A DNA stretch of 63,479 nt, from assembly GCF_001194135.2 (NCBI RefSeq), contig NC_068993.1, positions 14,917,568 through 14,981,046 of the forward strand, read 5' to 3'. Of this stretch, positions 24,334 to 38,210 are shown piece after piece. A program made the translations under genes and the position numbers. Positions within the stretch are counted from its first letter, which is position 1, and the number at the start of each line of letters is the position of its first letter. The notes under the pieces were generated by a model that was not told where the DNA came from, did not search any database, and saw nothing but the letters and a program-made list of their open reading frames with translations. This DNA comes from Octopus bimaculoides. Its lineage: Eukaryota.

Positions 24334-25204
24334 GTACTTATATTTTCAGATATAAATTTCGGCATCTGTATATGTAATGTGTATGTGTCATAAGTTTGGA
24401 TGTGATAAAGGTGAGAAAACATAAGTCGAAAATCTGTAGACAGGTTTTAAAGATACGTTTGATGGAATGAGAAATGAATGAAATGGTTGCTCTAGTATAT
24501 AGCCAGCAATTATGGACAGAAAGTATAATGCATGAAACCAATGGAAACTAAAAAGGAATAGGAAGGTCTCACAACTTAGCAACCTAGATATACTGATAAC
24601 TTATATACTCTAGTATGCACACAACATATTTATATTATATGAGGCGTTCACCGCATCTCGTAGGGGAAACAGCAGTAAGCTAATGAAGTTCATTAGATAA
24701 TCGTTTATTCATTTTAATTTCTCGTTTTTCCATATACATATATATATATATATATATANNNNNNNNNNNNNNNNNNNNNNNNNNNNNNNNNNNNNNNNNN
24801 NNNNNNNNNNNNNNNNNNNNNNNNNNNNNNNNNNNNNNNNNNNNNNNNNNNNNNNNNNNNNNNNNNNNNNNNNNNNNNNNNNNNNNNNNNNNNNNNNNNN
24901 NNNNNNNNNNNNNNNNNNNNNNNNNNNNNNNNNNNNNNNNNNNNNNNNNNNNNNNNNNNNNNNNNNNNNNNNNNNNNNTATATATATTTGTGTGTGTGTA
25001 TATGTGTGTATGTATACACACTTAACTTTTTAGTCTGCCTTCTCTTTTTACATGTATATAAGGATATATATTTTATATCATTGTGTATATATGTATATAC
25101 GTACACACACACACGCATATATAATTTTTTATACAAATGTTTGTTTCTTTGTGTGTGTATGCGTGTGTGTGTGTACGTGTCTGTGTGTGCTTGTGTGTGG
25201 GGAG

Positions 25205-25238
<34 letters not shown>

Positions 25239-26074
25239 GTCTGTATTGGTTTAATTTAGCACAAAATGCCAAATGCTCTGCCGTACTATCATTTGTGTTT
25301 GATGGGTCTTTTTTGTTTTATTTTTAATTTCAAAAAGAGCAATAGTTATATTCTAAGGCATAACTCATTAACCAGTGCGTACAGATTTTTGCATTGTCAA
25401 CATAATTTAATTAATCACGATTCTTAATATTGAATCCTACTTTACACGCTAAACTGTCTTCGCTGATTTTTATAAAGCCTGTAAATGCATTATGTTAACT
25501 GGTTAACTATCACGCATTGCATGTTGCGTTGTTGTATTCGAAACGCAAAACGAACTTTAACAAATTGCATTTCACGAAACAAATAACACACACAAATAAA
25601 AAAATAATAAACTTTGCTATAGCTATTAATTAATGGATTAATCCAATTACTCAAAATGAATAAAATGAGAGAAAAAAGTCCAGAAAAATGTAATGAAAAT
25701 AATCTCACTTCTCTTATTTGATGTAATTCTTCTATTAATAATTGTTTCTCACAAGGCCAAATATTTGGGAAAGATTAAATCGATACGGAAGAATGACTAA
25801 ATCTCGTACAACACGGATTGAATCCAGATGATAGGTTTACAAACCTATAGCAGAAATAGTGTCCGCTTCATACGATCACCTAAGTAATACTTATTTCTGT
25901 GACGCATGCGAAACTGCTGATTGTCTACAGCAGTAGTCTTAACATTTGTCATAGTACCCGTTGGATATCTAACAAACTCAGAAGATAGTGAGTTAGAACA
26001 GCGTTCTAGAATGTTAAAGCGTTAAGAGGGCCCTATGGAAGAGATCCATGAATCCCGTTCAGCGATATCTTCAA

Positions 26075-26495
26075 CACTAAACCTGGATGCAGCTGTTTTG
26101 TTCCGTATAACTGCCCTCTTAAGAGCAAATGCTTAGCGATTTGTTTGGTATGCCACGCTGAGATATTCGATACAAAAATCCTATATTGGATCTACGACAA
26201 ATAATTACAAGACACGAATTTATTCGCATAGACATACACATTATTAGTATTCTCTTATATTTCGAGGCTAAGAGAAACAGACAACAAATCGACAGCTCAT
26301 TTGAAAGATAAATATTGATTCCCAATTTTGCGATTCCGTATAAACTCTGGATCAAAAATCGGGATTATCTACCAACATTATTTTTCAGAAAAACTCGTAA
26401 ATTTGTTCTAAAAAAAAGCATTAATGAAGAACCATAGCGAACAGGCATGCACAGAGTTACACAAATATAAGTATTTATTTAGACACTATAAAATT
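26075..26495 (+). mobile_element. Penelope-like element GIY-YIG endonuclease relic with Cys-rich lead-in (Neptune-like)
   Basis: GCSCFVPYNCPLKSKCLAICLVCHAEI / KSYIGSTTNNYKTRIYSHRHT..HLKDK..SGSK..HKYKYL matches CxC...CPL.G.CL...VY.A....YIG.T...FK.R...H. Confidence 0.7.
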
Positions 26496-26719
26496 TCCAA
26501 ACTTGATTAAACTAATGATCAAGATAAATTTTTGGTAATATTCTTCTGTTTCTCTCAAATTCATTATTTTCTGCATCAAACATTCACATTAAAAAGCGCT
26601 CGTATTATCGATTCATCGCTACTCTCGCATCATTTTAACAACCGCTTTGATTGTTCTTGCTTGCGTACGTGCAAACTTTTACATACAGACACGCACGCAC
26701 ACACATACACATACATATA

Positions 26720-26960
26720 TTAGGTTGGTGCATAATTATTGCGGCTTTTTTTCAATAAATTCTATTCAACAGAAAAATTTAAGCAAAACGCAAATTTAAG
26801 CAAAACGCAATTTTAAACAAAATGCCAAGCAGAAACTGAAGTAGATGGTGAATATGCTCCGGAATAATCATTTAAAAATGTTTTTGTAAAATGGTGTTAT
26901 TGTTTTTGTTTTGTTGAATAATTATTGAAAAGAAGCCGCAATAATTATGCAGCAACCTAA
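26720..26960. mobile_element. Mariner-derived MITE (241 bp) with TA target-site duplication
   Basis: TA|TTAGGTTGGTGCATAATTATTGCGGCTT ... AAGCCGCAATAATTATGCAGCAACCTAA|TA; 28-bp TIRs with one mismatch. Confidence 0.9.
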
Positions 26961-28677
26961 TATATATATATATATATATANNNNNNNNNNNNNNNNNNNN
27001 NNNNNNNNNNNNNNNNNNNNNNNNNNNNNNNNNNNNNNNNNNNNNNNNNNNNNNNNNNNNNNNNNNNNNNNNNNNNNNNNNNNNNNNNNNNNNNNNNNNN
27101 NNNNNNNNNNNNNNNNNNNNNNNNNNNNNNNNNNNNNNNNNNNNNNNNNNNNNNNNNNNNNNNNNNNNNNNNNNNNNNNNNNNNNNNNNNNNNNNNNNNN
27201 NNNNNNNNNNNNNNNNNNNNNNNNNNNNNNNNNNNNNNNNNNNNNNNNNNNNNNNNNNNNNNNNNNNNNNNNNNNNNNNNNNNNNNNNNNNNNNNNNNNN
27301 NNNNNNNNNNNNNNNNNNNNNNNNNNNNNNNNNNNNNNNNNNNNNNNNNNNNNNNNNNNNNNNNNNNNNNNNNNNNNNNNNNNNNNNNNNNNNNNNNNNN
27401 NNNNNNNNNNNNNNNNNNNNNNNNNNNNNNNNNNNNNNNNNNNNNNNNNNNNNNNNNNNNNNNNNNNNNNNNNNNNNNNNNNNNNNNNNNNNNNNNNNNN
27501 NNNNNNNNNNNNNNNNNNNNNNNNNNNNNNNNNNNNNNNNNNNNNNNNNNNNNNNNNNNNNNNNNNNNNNNNNNNNNNNNNNNNNNNNNNNNNNNNNNNN
27601 NNNNNNNNNNNNNNNNNNNNNNNNNNNNNNNNNNNNNNNNNNNNNNNNNNNNNNNNNNNNNNNNNNNNNNNNNNNNNNNNNNNNNNNNNNNNNNNNNNNN
27701 NNNNNNNNNNNNNNNNATATATACACATAGAGAGAAGGAAAGACAAAGAGCCAGACAGACAGACAGACAGACACTCACACATGTTATTTCATATTGATAG
27801 TTATTTGTGGTTTGATTTGGTACACGCTTAAAGGGATTTTTTAAGGTCACAGACGATATTCTTCATTTTTTGACAACAAGCATCTTGTTCACTGCCCACA
27901 CAGACATTCTGTCTATCTCTCACCTTCTATTTCCTTCACTCTCTCTCTCTTTCTCTCCATCATCTCTGGCTGTTTCACTCCATATGTGTTTGAGATTACA
28001 AATAAATATGTTCGTATATCTAAATATATATATACACACACACACATGCAACTCTAAAAATCCGTAAGAGGACAAGTGTACCTATGTGCGTTGTGTGTCT
28101 TCGCGTGCATTTATACTCCGTAAGTGTATAAGTTCATGTGTATATACGCACTCAGTTATGCTTACCATTCTGCAACCACATTCTAACGAGGTTAATTGTC
28201 TCCCAACTTTAGCTTAGGATTGCTAAGTATTCCATGTGCATCTGAAATTCCCCCTTGCCCCCATTTTCCGTCCCCATACCCTTCCCTTTCTCTAAACCAT
28301 CACTTGTCATTAATAATCTTTATTTCTTTATGTTCTATATTCTATATGTACAATTTTTCCTGTTTTTCATTTTCTTTTATATTGTCATAACTATTTTTAT
28401 ACTGTTATATTTTACCTTTTTCTAAGTATTTTCCCATTAATTCATCTTTTATAATTTCTTTAACGTTTCACCCATTACCACGCCCTAGCAAAAATCTAAA
28501 GCTCTTTTATTCTCCTAGTTTCCCTATGTAAGCGAAAGACTGGTTTGTTTGTACCGCTCATTATATTTTGCTCTAGAAGCGGAGACGTGGAATCTCCCTT
28601 GCTAAACGTTAAGTGCGGGCTTCTACACATACATGCATACGAGCATTCATACGTACATACATACATACATACATACG

Positions 28678-28731
<54 letters not shown>

Positions 28732-28818
28732 ATACATACATACGCGCATTCAAACATATACGTACATGTATATGTGCGTCGGTGTATGTGTATATAGATA
28801 TATAGTTGTATATGTGAA

Positions 28819-29120
28819 GGCGCATGGCTCAGTGGTTAGAGCATCGAACTAATGATCGTGAGATTGTGAGTACGATTCTCGGATTGGGCTGTGTGTTGTG
28901 TTCTTGAGCAAGAGACTTTATTTCACGTTACTCCAGTTCACTCAACTATAGAAGAGTTGCGACGTCACTGGTGCCAAGCTGTATCGGCCCTTGCCTTTCC
29001 CTCGGATAACATCAGTGGCGTGGAGAGAGGAGGCTGGTATGCATGGCCGACTATTGGTTTTCCATACACAACCTTGCCCGGGCTTGTACCTGGGAGGGTA
29101 ACTTTCTAGGTGCAACCCCA
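28819..29120 (+). mobile_element. tRNA-derived SINE, family A
   Basis: GGCGCATGGCTCAGTGGTTAGAGC..TTGAGCAAGAGACTTTATTTCACGTT..CCTTTCCCTCGGATAACATC..GGCTGGTATGCATGG. Confidence 0.9.
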
Positions 29121-29125
29121 TATTC

Positions 29126-29365
29126 TTAAAGTGACACTTCATATATGGTGAATTCAAAATAACCCACCATTAGGTTCGCGAGAACAAAGGCTACTTTCGG
29201 TCCTGTCGCAATTCCGCATTTTTGACGATAGTATAAGTCATCAAATAGGAAATAATTGTTCTGAAGTATACGTTTTAAAAATTCAATAATAAATATCTGA
29301 GTTATGCGTTTCAGGAGTATTTCGGGGTACTTTTCCACCCAGAATTTGATTGCTTTTATTCCACG
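29126..29365 (-). mobile_element. Penelope-like element reverse transcriptase fragment
   Basis: GIKAIKFWVEKYPE..ILQNNYFLFDDLYYRQKCGIATGPKVAFVLANLMVGYFE matches the PLE RT motif NYF.F....Y.Q..G.AMG...AP..ANL.M...E. Confidence 0.85.
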
Positions 29366-32300
29366 TCATTGAATCTTTCACTCATAAAATTCACACACAA
29401 CATTGACCTAGAAATTTCTTCTCAAGAAAATACGTATTTAAACAAATTTTAATGTCATGAATAGTGAAAGCGAAATCGGTCGACAAACAATACAAACTAT
29501 ATTAAAAATTATATTAAAACTATGCAAACTGTGTGCATTTTCCTTCTTTAATTTCTTGTGTGTGTGTGTGTGTGTTGAGCATGTATGTAGAGTCACTTCA
29601 AGAAATTAGTCATTTCTCATATATTTCTCCTAACTCCCTTTTTGTAATGATGCACAATAGATTGGCAAAAATCCAACGGCAAATCTTTAAAATCACTTTT
29701 AAAATCTCAGCCAGCTTTCATCACTGTTATAGTCTAAGAACGAAACTTGAATATAGATTTCATTAAACCTGGTAACAATAAACAATGTAAACACAATTTT
29801 GTGTAGAATAAGTTGTAATTTTCTTTTTAATTAACTCCTTTTCATTTTCAGTGTTGTTAAAATTTGCCGAAAGTTTATGCTTATTTGTATAGCTAAAACA
29901 TAAACTTGAATTCATTTACAATTTTTTTGCAAATGTCATTTAGTACATGAATGCCTACAGGAAAATTTATTTGCATGTTTTCATATCTGATTTTCACAGA
30001 CAAAGTCTATTTAAAGAATTCATTTTGCGATTAATTTAAGTAAACACAGTCTTCACACTGAAATATGGGCAAAGAAAATGTGTCTGTGTTATACATACAC
30101 ACAGCGGTCCATGGAGGTACGATCATCAACTATTCACGACCAGCTTCCATTGTACATGAAATCTATAGTGAGAAGTAATTAACATCTTAATAAATTTCAT
30201 TGACAACATATAGATAAATATATGTAAAAAGCATTGACAGGAGAATTCTTAGGTTGCGTGTAGTTACATATTTTACCTGGCTCTGTCATCGTGACCAAAC
30301 ATAGCTAGTGTGTCGTTGCTTCACCTATAGACACAGAACAACAGCAAGGAGGTGGCAGCTGGGACAAATAAGGCTCACTGGTCGGTATTCATTTCTTCTT
30401 AGGAAGTTGTAGCAATTTCAAATTAAGGGCATCGCTGGAGTACAGAACTCACCGCCCGGTCAAGGAACTGAACACATAATCTTTTAATTGGGGTCCCAAG
30501 TTACCAATATCCTAACATCTAGATGCTAGGCAACTAACTATATTTATATATATACCTGGGCAAATCAAAAGCACAAACAAAAACAATAGAATTCAAAAGG
30601 ACATACAAAGAAAATATATTAGACTGACGTTCAAGGAAAGTAAGATGGAAAAAAGAGGTGGCTGTGAAATCTGGAGCATGGGGCGTCGTCAGAAAGAAGG
30701 TCCGGAAAGAGGAAGAAGAAGAATCCGTGAAAAGCACGGGGTGTCGTTACTTGGCTGGCAAATATATTAGAATTCAATACATCTCTGTCCTAGAATTAAG
30801 TGCTAGGCGAGTACAGAGCGTATTCTTCATAACTGAATGACAAAAGAAAAGTAATTACATGATCAACTTCATTAGCTTACAACTGTTTCTTTAATATCGA
30901 ACAGTATTCTCGGAACTGAGTGCGTATACATCATCTCATAATTTGTTCGGAGCCTTACGTATGAATGCGTGCCGGTTTAATTTTGCTGTTTAAATCATGC
31001 TGCATCATATAGTATTCCATCGAAGCTTCGTACATGTGTCGCAATCCAGATTTTAGAAAATAATCTTGATTTTGCATGCTATCACGTATCCCAAAATGGC
31101 GACCTCGAGTCTATTTGCAACGTATTTTATTAAAAGTATCCTGAAATCAGCCATTGTTGTCCAGTATCAGAATATCTACGAGGATATGCTTGCTATGCAC
31201 ATAATAGAATAGAGGGAGGCGCAATAGTTATCTTTTCTAATGTAGCTCTACAGAGCAAGTAGCAAGGGACAGGACACGCTTGCTCTGAAGGAACTACAAA
31301 GAGGATAACAAAATTTAATGCAAATCTACACACACAAACACACACATATACATATATATATTTGTGTGTATATATATATTTACGTATATCACAAATATTA
31401 AGCTAACCTCCATTGTATTTATGAAGAAGAATACTCTGTTACAATGTCTCGATACAGTAAATACAAGAACACAGCCGACAAAGAGATAACAACAATAATT
31501 CAATTATGTGGCTGTCTATAATGCAGATGGTTTCAAAGAGAGAAAGCATGATATAAAGACGATATGAAACTCAGAAAGAACGTTTATAAGAAACAAAATA
31601 GTATTCCTCATTCATTTTATACATGTTACAATTTCAATGAATGTTATTCAGTTCGGCTTTCAGGTGTGTTTATCTAAATGTTAATATTATTACCTTTTGT
31701 TAAGATATAAAAGACAGTTATGCTGTATCTACTTATGTAGATATAGCTTTTTGTTCTTTTTCTTCCGTTTTTTATTTATTTATTTATCTTTCCTGTTGCT
31801 ATTGCTGTAACAGCTTCTATCCAGTATTATTTCTATGTTATTAAATGTACGTTCTTAGCGTATGTTCGCCAGTAGATAGGTATGCGCGCTTCTTTGCATA
31901 TATATATATATATATATGTATTTGTGTTCGTGAATGTGTAGGTCTCTCTGTAAGTGCGTGTGTTCTGACTTGCTGTGTGTATAGCTTATTTATTGGAGTA
32001 TCTGTGAAATCAATGGCACTGAGTAAATATTTCTACATTTGTACATTTTTATATATAAATAATATGTTTACTATAATGAATATTTCATACGTATGCTTAT
32101 ATACATAACGTATACATATATATGTGTGTGTGTGAGTGTGTGTATGTGTGTGTAAGTAAGTATGTATGTATTTATGTATGTATATAGGTTTATAAATATA
32201 TATACATACGTACTAACGTATATACTTAGATATACATATTCGTATGAGATGCATTTCATGCATAGACACAGTTTAATATTAATGTTTTTGAGAAGCCATC

Positions 32301-32843
32301 CGCTATTTACATTGGAATAAGCATAATAAATACCAGGGTGTACACAAACACAAAAATTACTAATTTCACAATATATTTAGTTCTTATATATACATTATTT
32401 TCATGCATACTGTCATATATACATGTATGTGTATGTATATTTGGACATATCTGTATACATATGTGTGTAAATATACATATATTTGTATACATGTATGCAC
32501 ATATATTTACGTATATGTATATATATATATATATATATNNNNNNNNNNNNNNNNNNNNNNNNNNNNNNNNNNNNNNNNNNNNNNNNNNNNNNNNNNNNNN
32601 NNNNNNNNNNNNNNNNNNNNNNNNNNNNNNNNNNNNNNNNNNNNNNNNNNNNNNNNNNNNNNNNNNNNNNNNNNNNNNNNNNNNNNNNNNNNNNNNNNNN
32701 NNNNNNNNNNNNNNNNNNNNNNNNNNNNNNNNNNNNNNNNNNNNNNNNNNNNNNNNNNNNNNNNNNNNNNNNNNNNNNNNNNNNNNNNNNNNNNNNNNNN
32801 NNNNNNNNNNNNNNNNNNNNNNNNNNNNNNNNNNNNNNNNNNN

Positions 32844-32908
<65 letters not shown>

Positions 32909-33479
32909 ATTTTAATATAGACTGAAAAAATAACGTGTTTGTTATTGTCAATGATATTCATTGCTTATGAGTATACGAGATCGCTAAAGTTGTTTACAAG
33001 TAGGTTTCTATGATATTTATTTTATTGGGAAATGAAATGTTGTTATGCCCCAAAGATCCATTGATGTTATGGATGTGGTGGTTTAATCGATATGGAATGC
33101 ATACACGTGTACAATGTCGCACAGACTGTTTTAAGTTTTTTGTTACAATTGATTGGATTTCAAGGTTAACAGAACCTATTGTATTGCAGCTATTATATCA
33201 TCCAATCGAAATATGATCTTAGAAGTATTGATACCCACCTAAAATCTTTGACTCTTTCGTTAGTGTTATCGTCGTTCTTGTGAGATTAGGCACCTACTTG
33301 TAAGGTGCAGCACTTTGCAAGTCTGTTATTCGTTTGTATTGGTGTCAGCTGTTGAAAATATTTACGTTCGACAGTTGTATTCTTTGAGAAAGACAACTAG
33401 GTAAAATCCAACACCAGTATAGGCATGTAGCTTGTCAAACCACTAGTTCTATTGTATTTGTTTTTAGACAAGTTCTCTA

Positions 33480-33660
33480 TCCATTGCCATTTTGTCTGTC
33501 ATGTCGCGACTTCACTATATTCCTCATTTTTCTGAGTGGACTAAAGCAATGTGAAATGAAGTGTTCTGTATGCACAAAAATACAACGCTTCCTAAGTACT
33601 GGAATCGAAATCACAATATCACGTTTATGAATCCAACACCCTATCAACTAAGATTAGGAT
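33480..33660 (-). mobile_element. SINE family A, diverged
   Basis: CTGAGTGGACTAAAGCAATGTGAAATGAAGTG..GGAATCGAAATCAC..ACACCCTATCAACTAAG. Confidence 0.65.
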
Positions 33661-35668
33661 GTTGTAGTAATGATCAGACGGCGCTACATAAAGGCAGCAA
33701 CCTATACAAATTCGTAGCAATGATACTGTGAATGACGCATCAGGAAGTCTAAAAGTGACACACACCACCCATGGTGAAGCACCTCACATTTTAACAATTG
33801 ACTGCGCTGGGACCAATAATTTATATATCAATAGAGAAATTTTGAACTACGTATTTGACATTGGTAACATTTGAACTGAACAACATTTAAGTGCATAATA
33901 AAAAAAAGGCATCGTGTCCAAGGCTTTGAAGACTTCTCCAGTTAGTCACGAATGCATCATATTGATATAGTAGTCAGGTTGAATGCAGCAACAGAAGTAT
34001 CAAGCCCATTCACAACGTGCACCACTGTAAGAAGCTTCAACTTCTGACTGATAATCAGTATGAATCGATTATTACAACTGAGTAATTGTAATGACTGTAA
34101 CCAAATATTATTTGGAGATAGATCCTCCGTTTGATTCCAGTGGTACCGGTTTTTCAATCAAATCGACTGCTTCCTTATTTAATGATAAATTTGGTTGTTG
34201 AGTACAGGACCAGACAAATTTGTACCGCAGGACACAGTGAGATAGTGCGCTAAGAATGATAGCCCTTTCAATTTCATATACATTTTCAGATATATCTGAA
34301 ATCTCAGTATCAAATATATATTGAGAATTTCGGAAAATCCATTGGTCGGTTTTCGGGCAAATTTCGTCTACTCAGTTTCGATCACATTGATAGAGTTCAT
34401 CCAGAGTAAATGGAAAGGAGTCATCCAAAATACCACATAATGAAAACGGAACGAAGACCTCTTGAGAAGGAAAACAAATTGCTCATCGAACATGTTGTGA
34501 AAAATAATAATCTGTTACACGTATGTTAGTTAATCATAATATTGCCAATACAGCTTACTAACAAACCAAGACATACTAGATTTTTAGGAGAAAAATGACT
34601 ATGTAAGAAAATGAAGCTCAAATTGAAATATATATGAAAATACGAAGTCAGTCATGGACCTCAGAAGCAGGGATTGAACGACTAATATTATGACAACACA
34701 CTAGAGATAGAATTTTAAAAAAGCCGATCACCTACACAAAATATAAGCACTTGCAAAGTAATGAAAGCTCTATATGAGAGTATAACGTCCAGAATGCAGC
34801 TGAGACTTGACAACTCAACGAAATACATTTGAAATAATAACTTACAAAGCACCTGATGCTCTGCCGAAAAGATGATAATAAAAATTATTCCACAAGCAGA
34901 GAACTCATCATAACGTGACAGAGTCACAGAAAACATAAAACAAGAACCAAGAAGTTGACCACACGAGATTCTACAGAAATACGTTTACAAATATGTAAAC
35001 AACAAAAAAACTATGCGCTTTAACTTTTATTCTGTAACATACAACGTCAAAACGCTCAATACAGAGAGATGATGGATATATCTTACAATAGGTTTAGCTA
35101 AAGATGTAATATATGTAAGAGGCACGACCATAACAAGCTCACGGGCTCGGACAACGGTTGATAATTAATTCAAGATATTCATGAAATAAAACGTCTGAAC
35201 GTAGTATCGAACAAACCAAGAGTTCTGAATGAAGTAGAAAGCGAGTAATCTGATATTCAAAATACATTGAAATAATCAGATATTATGGCGAACGGCTTTC
35301 AAGATGAAGGCAACTATCGATGTAGAACGCAGCAGACACCTCATGAAAGACAGGTGTCGCTGCTGCAATATATACAATTCCACCATCTCTTAAGACGTTT
35401 ACTCCAAGGGAGACTACTACTAGTAGTGTTTGCAAGTTACATCACCCTATATAGCTGGCAGTTCACAACTCCACTTAGATACCATTTTAGCTTTATATTG
35501 ACAAAAATATAATAACATTACCAGTTATCCATGTTGCGTAACGCTTTTTCTTCCCAAGCCCGCCACAGATTTGTTGCATATGGACATCCAAACAATTTTG
35601 TATAAAATTGTCAACTACATTATCCCAGTCGACAATAATGCTATAATCATCATCGACAGCAGCACGAG

Positions 35669-35669
<1 letters not shown>

Positions 35670-35722
<53 letters not shown>

Positions 35723-35756
35723 CACTGCTACTACTACTACTACTACTACTACTAGT
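35670..35756. repeat. (CTA)n microsatellite
   Basis: Direct inspection. Confidence 0.95.
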
Positions 35757-36859
35757 TGCAGCGGCACCAGCTGTAGCATGAGAATATAAATATAGATGCC
35801 GATAAATTGGAGACAATATAAGAAGGTAAACCATAAAAAATAAATGTATATTAAAAATGATATCGGAATAGAGAAAAAATTTGTTGGGGCAACAAAACGG
35901 CGAAGAAAATATAAACAACAGATCAATAACAACATAATAGTATATCTTTCAGAAATACTACCAAATAACTCTCTGAAAGATTTCTATGAGAAATACAATT
36001 AAGTAAACACCCCAGAAGTATAATAAACCAATAAGTATACGAAAATATGAAAAGATATTTAGAAGCCTGAAGGAAAACAAAATATTGAAATAAACTAATT
36101 CTGGAATATATATTCTTTGCGAAGAAAGTAACAGAATTTCACTAACTGAAAGAAGAAAAAGAAATGCTGAAAAATACATTGGTGTATATACAACAAAGCA
36201 GTGGCATCAGATCGTAAAACATGAATGTCTAAATGACGTAGGCGACCGGAAATAGATCATTTATGCAACTGCCACACTTATTTCCAGAGAGACTAGGGTA
36301 TGAGCTTGAAAAATATATATATATATATAAATTGAAATATGGTAAAAAAAAAAATTATAATAATAGCAAAAAAACAAAGAAAAGCGAAAAATGAAGATTG
36401 AAATTGGTGAGAAGAATATGCTGAAAGAATATAAAGATTGAAAAAGAAGGTCTTTTGCTAACTTTTTGAGCTGTCAAAGAAAAACTAAAATTATAAAGAA
36501 TGGCTGAATGGGATATGAATAAAATAGCAGTAGATCACACGCACACATACATCTATCTATACATACATACATAAATATATATATATATATATACAAGCGC
36601 ATATATGATGAGAGAGAAAAGGCTTTTCGAATTCCAACGTACTGTTATGTCAGTATATATGAGTGTGAGTGTTCGCGCGTGTCACACAAAACGTGCAACA
36701 ACCTAAGGCTGACAACCTTTACCAAGTATTACAGAAATTGTGAAACAAAATGGTTTGATTAAGAAGGAAATGATTCGAAACTGACCCATGAATAAACAGT
36801 GTAGTATTTACATATTTGCATATTGACAATCATATCCCATGATGGGATTGCGTAACTAG

Positions 36860-37090
36860 TGGAGGCACGTGGCTTAGTATTTATAGTGTTAAACACATGA
36901 TCACAAGATTGGGGTTACGATTCTGGAAACGACGATGCAGCGTTTTGTCCTTGAGCAAAACACTTCATTTGACGTTGCTCCAGTCCACTCAGCTGACGAA
37001 AATGAGTAATCCTGCGACAGACCGGCGTCCCATCCAGGTAGGGAATGCATACGCCATGAAAGCAGGAAATCAGCCCTTATGAATCGGTAT
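36860..37090 (+). mobile_element. tRNA-derived SINE, family A variant
   Basis: GGAGGCACGTGGCTTAG..GTCCTTGAGCAAAACACTTCATTTGACGTTGCTCCAGTCCACTCAGCTG..AATCCTGCGACAGACCGGCGTCCCATCCAGG. Confidence 0.8.
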
Positions 37091-37429
37091 GATCCGAAAA
37101 GGTAATTTGTTTACCTTTTTTTTTTAATAGCGTAATGGTATTAACAAAAGATTCTATAGACATATTTAAGAGAGATAACATCAAATAAACTACAGAGAAA
37201 CCGGTTCAATTATTTCTGTTTAAAAATGTTCGAACTTTTTCTACGCCTTACGTATCAGATGTGATATGTAGGTTAAATATATGTAGTTCTCTTTTAAGAT
37301 GACTCATTGTTAAAATGATGGAAATAAGAGAAGCATATATACAGGTGAGATAATCAAATATGTCATTAGGAGATATTACCTTGGTGTTGCTAGTTTCAAT
37401 AGATGCATGTTCCTTTGAGTGGCTTCCAT

Positions 37430-37645
37430 ATTCTTTTCTGCTCTAGGCACAAAGCTCGAAATTTCGGGGGAGAAGGCCTGTTGATTAGATCGACTACAGT
37501 ACGCAACTGGGATGCAATTTATCGACCCAAAAAGGATGAAAGGCAAAGCCGATCTCGGCGGAATTTGAACTCAGAACGTAAAGAGAAATGAAATACCGCC
37601 AAGCATTTCGCCCGGAGTCCTGACGTTTCTGCCAGATTACCGTCT
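37430..37645 (-). mobile_element. SINE family C, full length
   Basis: AGGCACAAAGCTCGAAATTTCGGGGG..ATTTATCGACCC..GGATGAAAGGCAAAGCCGATCTCGGCGGAATTTGAACTCAG..ACGTTTCTGCCAG. Confidence 0.85.
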
Positions 37646-37770
37646 TAGTGCTTTCCATATTGTCTGATTGAACTCTATTGCAATGTAGATGCGTAGGTCA
37701 TATAGTGAATGTCTTGTATTAGTAGTGTTTTATATGTTAGATTTTGATATTAAAATTTCATCATCAGGAA

Positions 37771-37902
37771 GTAAGAAGCTTTCTTCCCAACTACATGGCT
37801 CCGGGTACTTGGTTAAGTGTCTTCTACTATAGCTTAGGGCCGACCAAAGCCTTGTGAATGGATTTGGTAGACAGAAACTGAAAGAAGCCCGTCGTATATA
37901 TA

Positions 37903-37963
<61 letters not shown>

Positions 37964-38210
37964 TTATATATATATGTGTGTGTGTGTGAATGTGTGTGTG
38001 TATGTGTCGTTATGTTTGCTCCCCCACACACACAAACACCACCGATATTGGTGGGTTTATGTCCCCGAAATTTAGCGGTTCGACAAAAGCGACCAATAGA
38101 ATAAGTACTAGGCTTACAAAGACTAAGTCCCTGGGTATATTTCTTCTATTAAATGCGGTGTTCCAGCGTAGCTGCAGTCAAATTACTGAAACGTGTAAAA
38201 GAGTAAAAGA
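37771..38210 (+). mobile_element. SINE family B with expanded internal (TA)n/(TG)n
   Basis: Same 5' half and 3' half as 21096-21487, separated by a longer microsatellite. Confidence 0.85.

Noticed and set aside
28819-28890. tRNA genes at SINE heads (also 1030-1097 and 40676-40750)
   Set aside because: A and B boxes are present, but there is no complete cloverleaf or acceptor stem and each continues into a repeated SINE body
29702-29725. miR-2-like sequence AATCTCAGCCAGCTTTCATCAC
   Set aside because: Seed mismatch and no complementary arm to form a precursor hairpin
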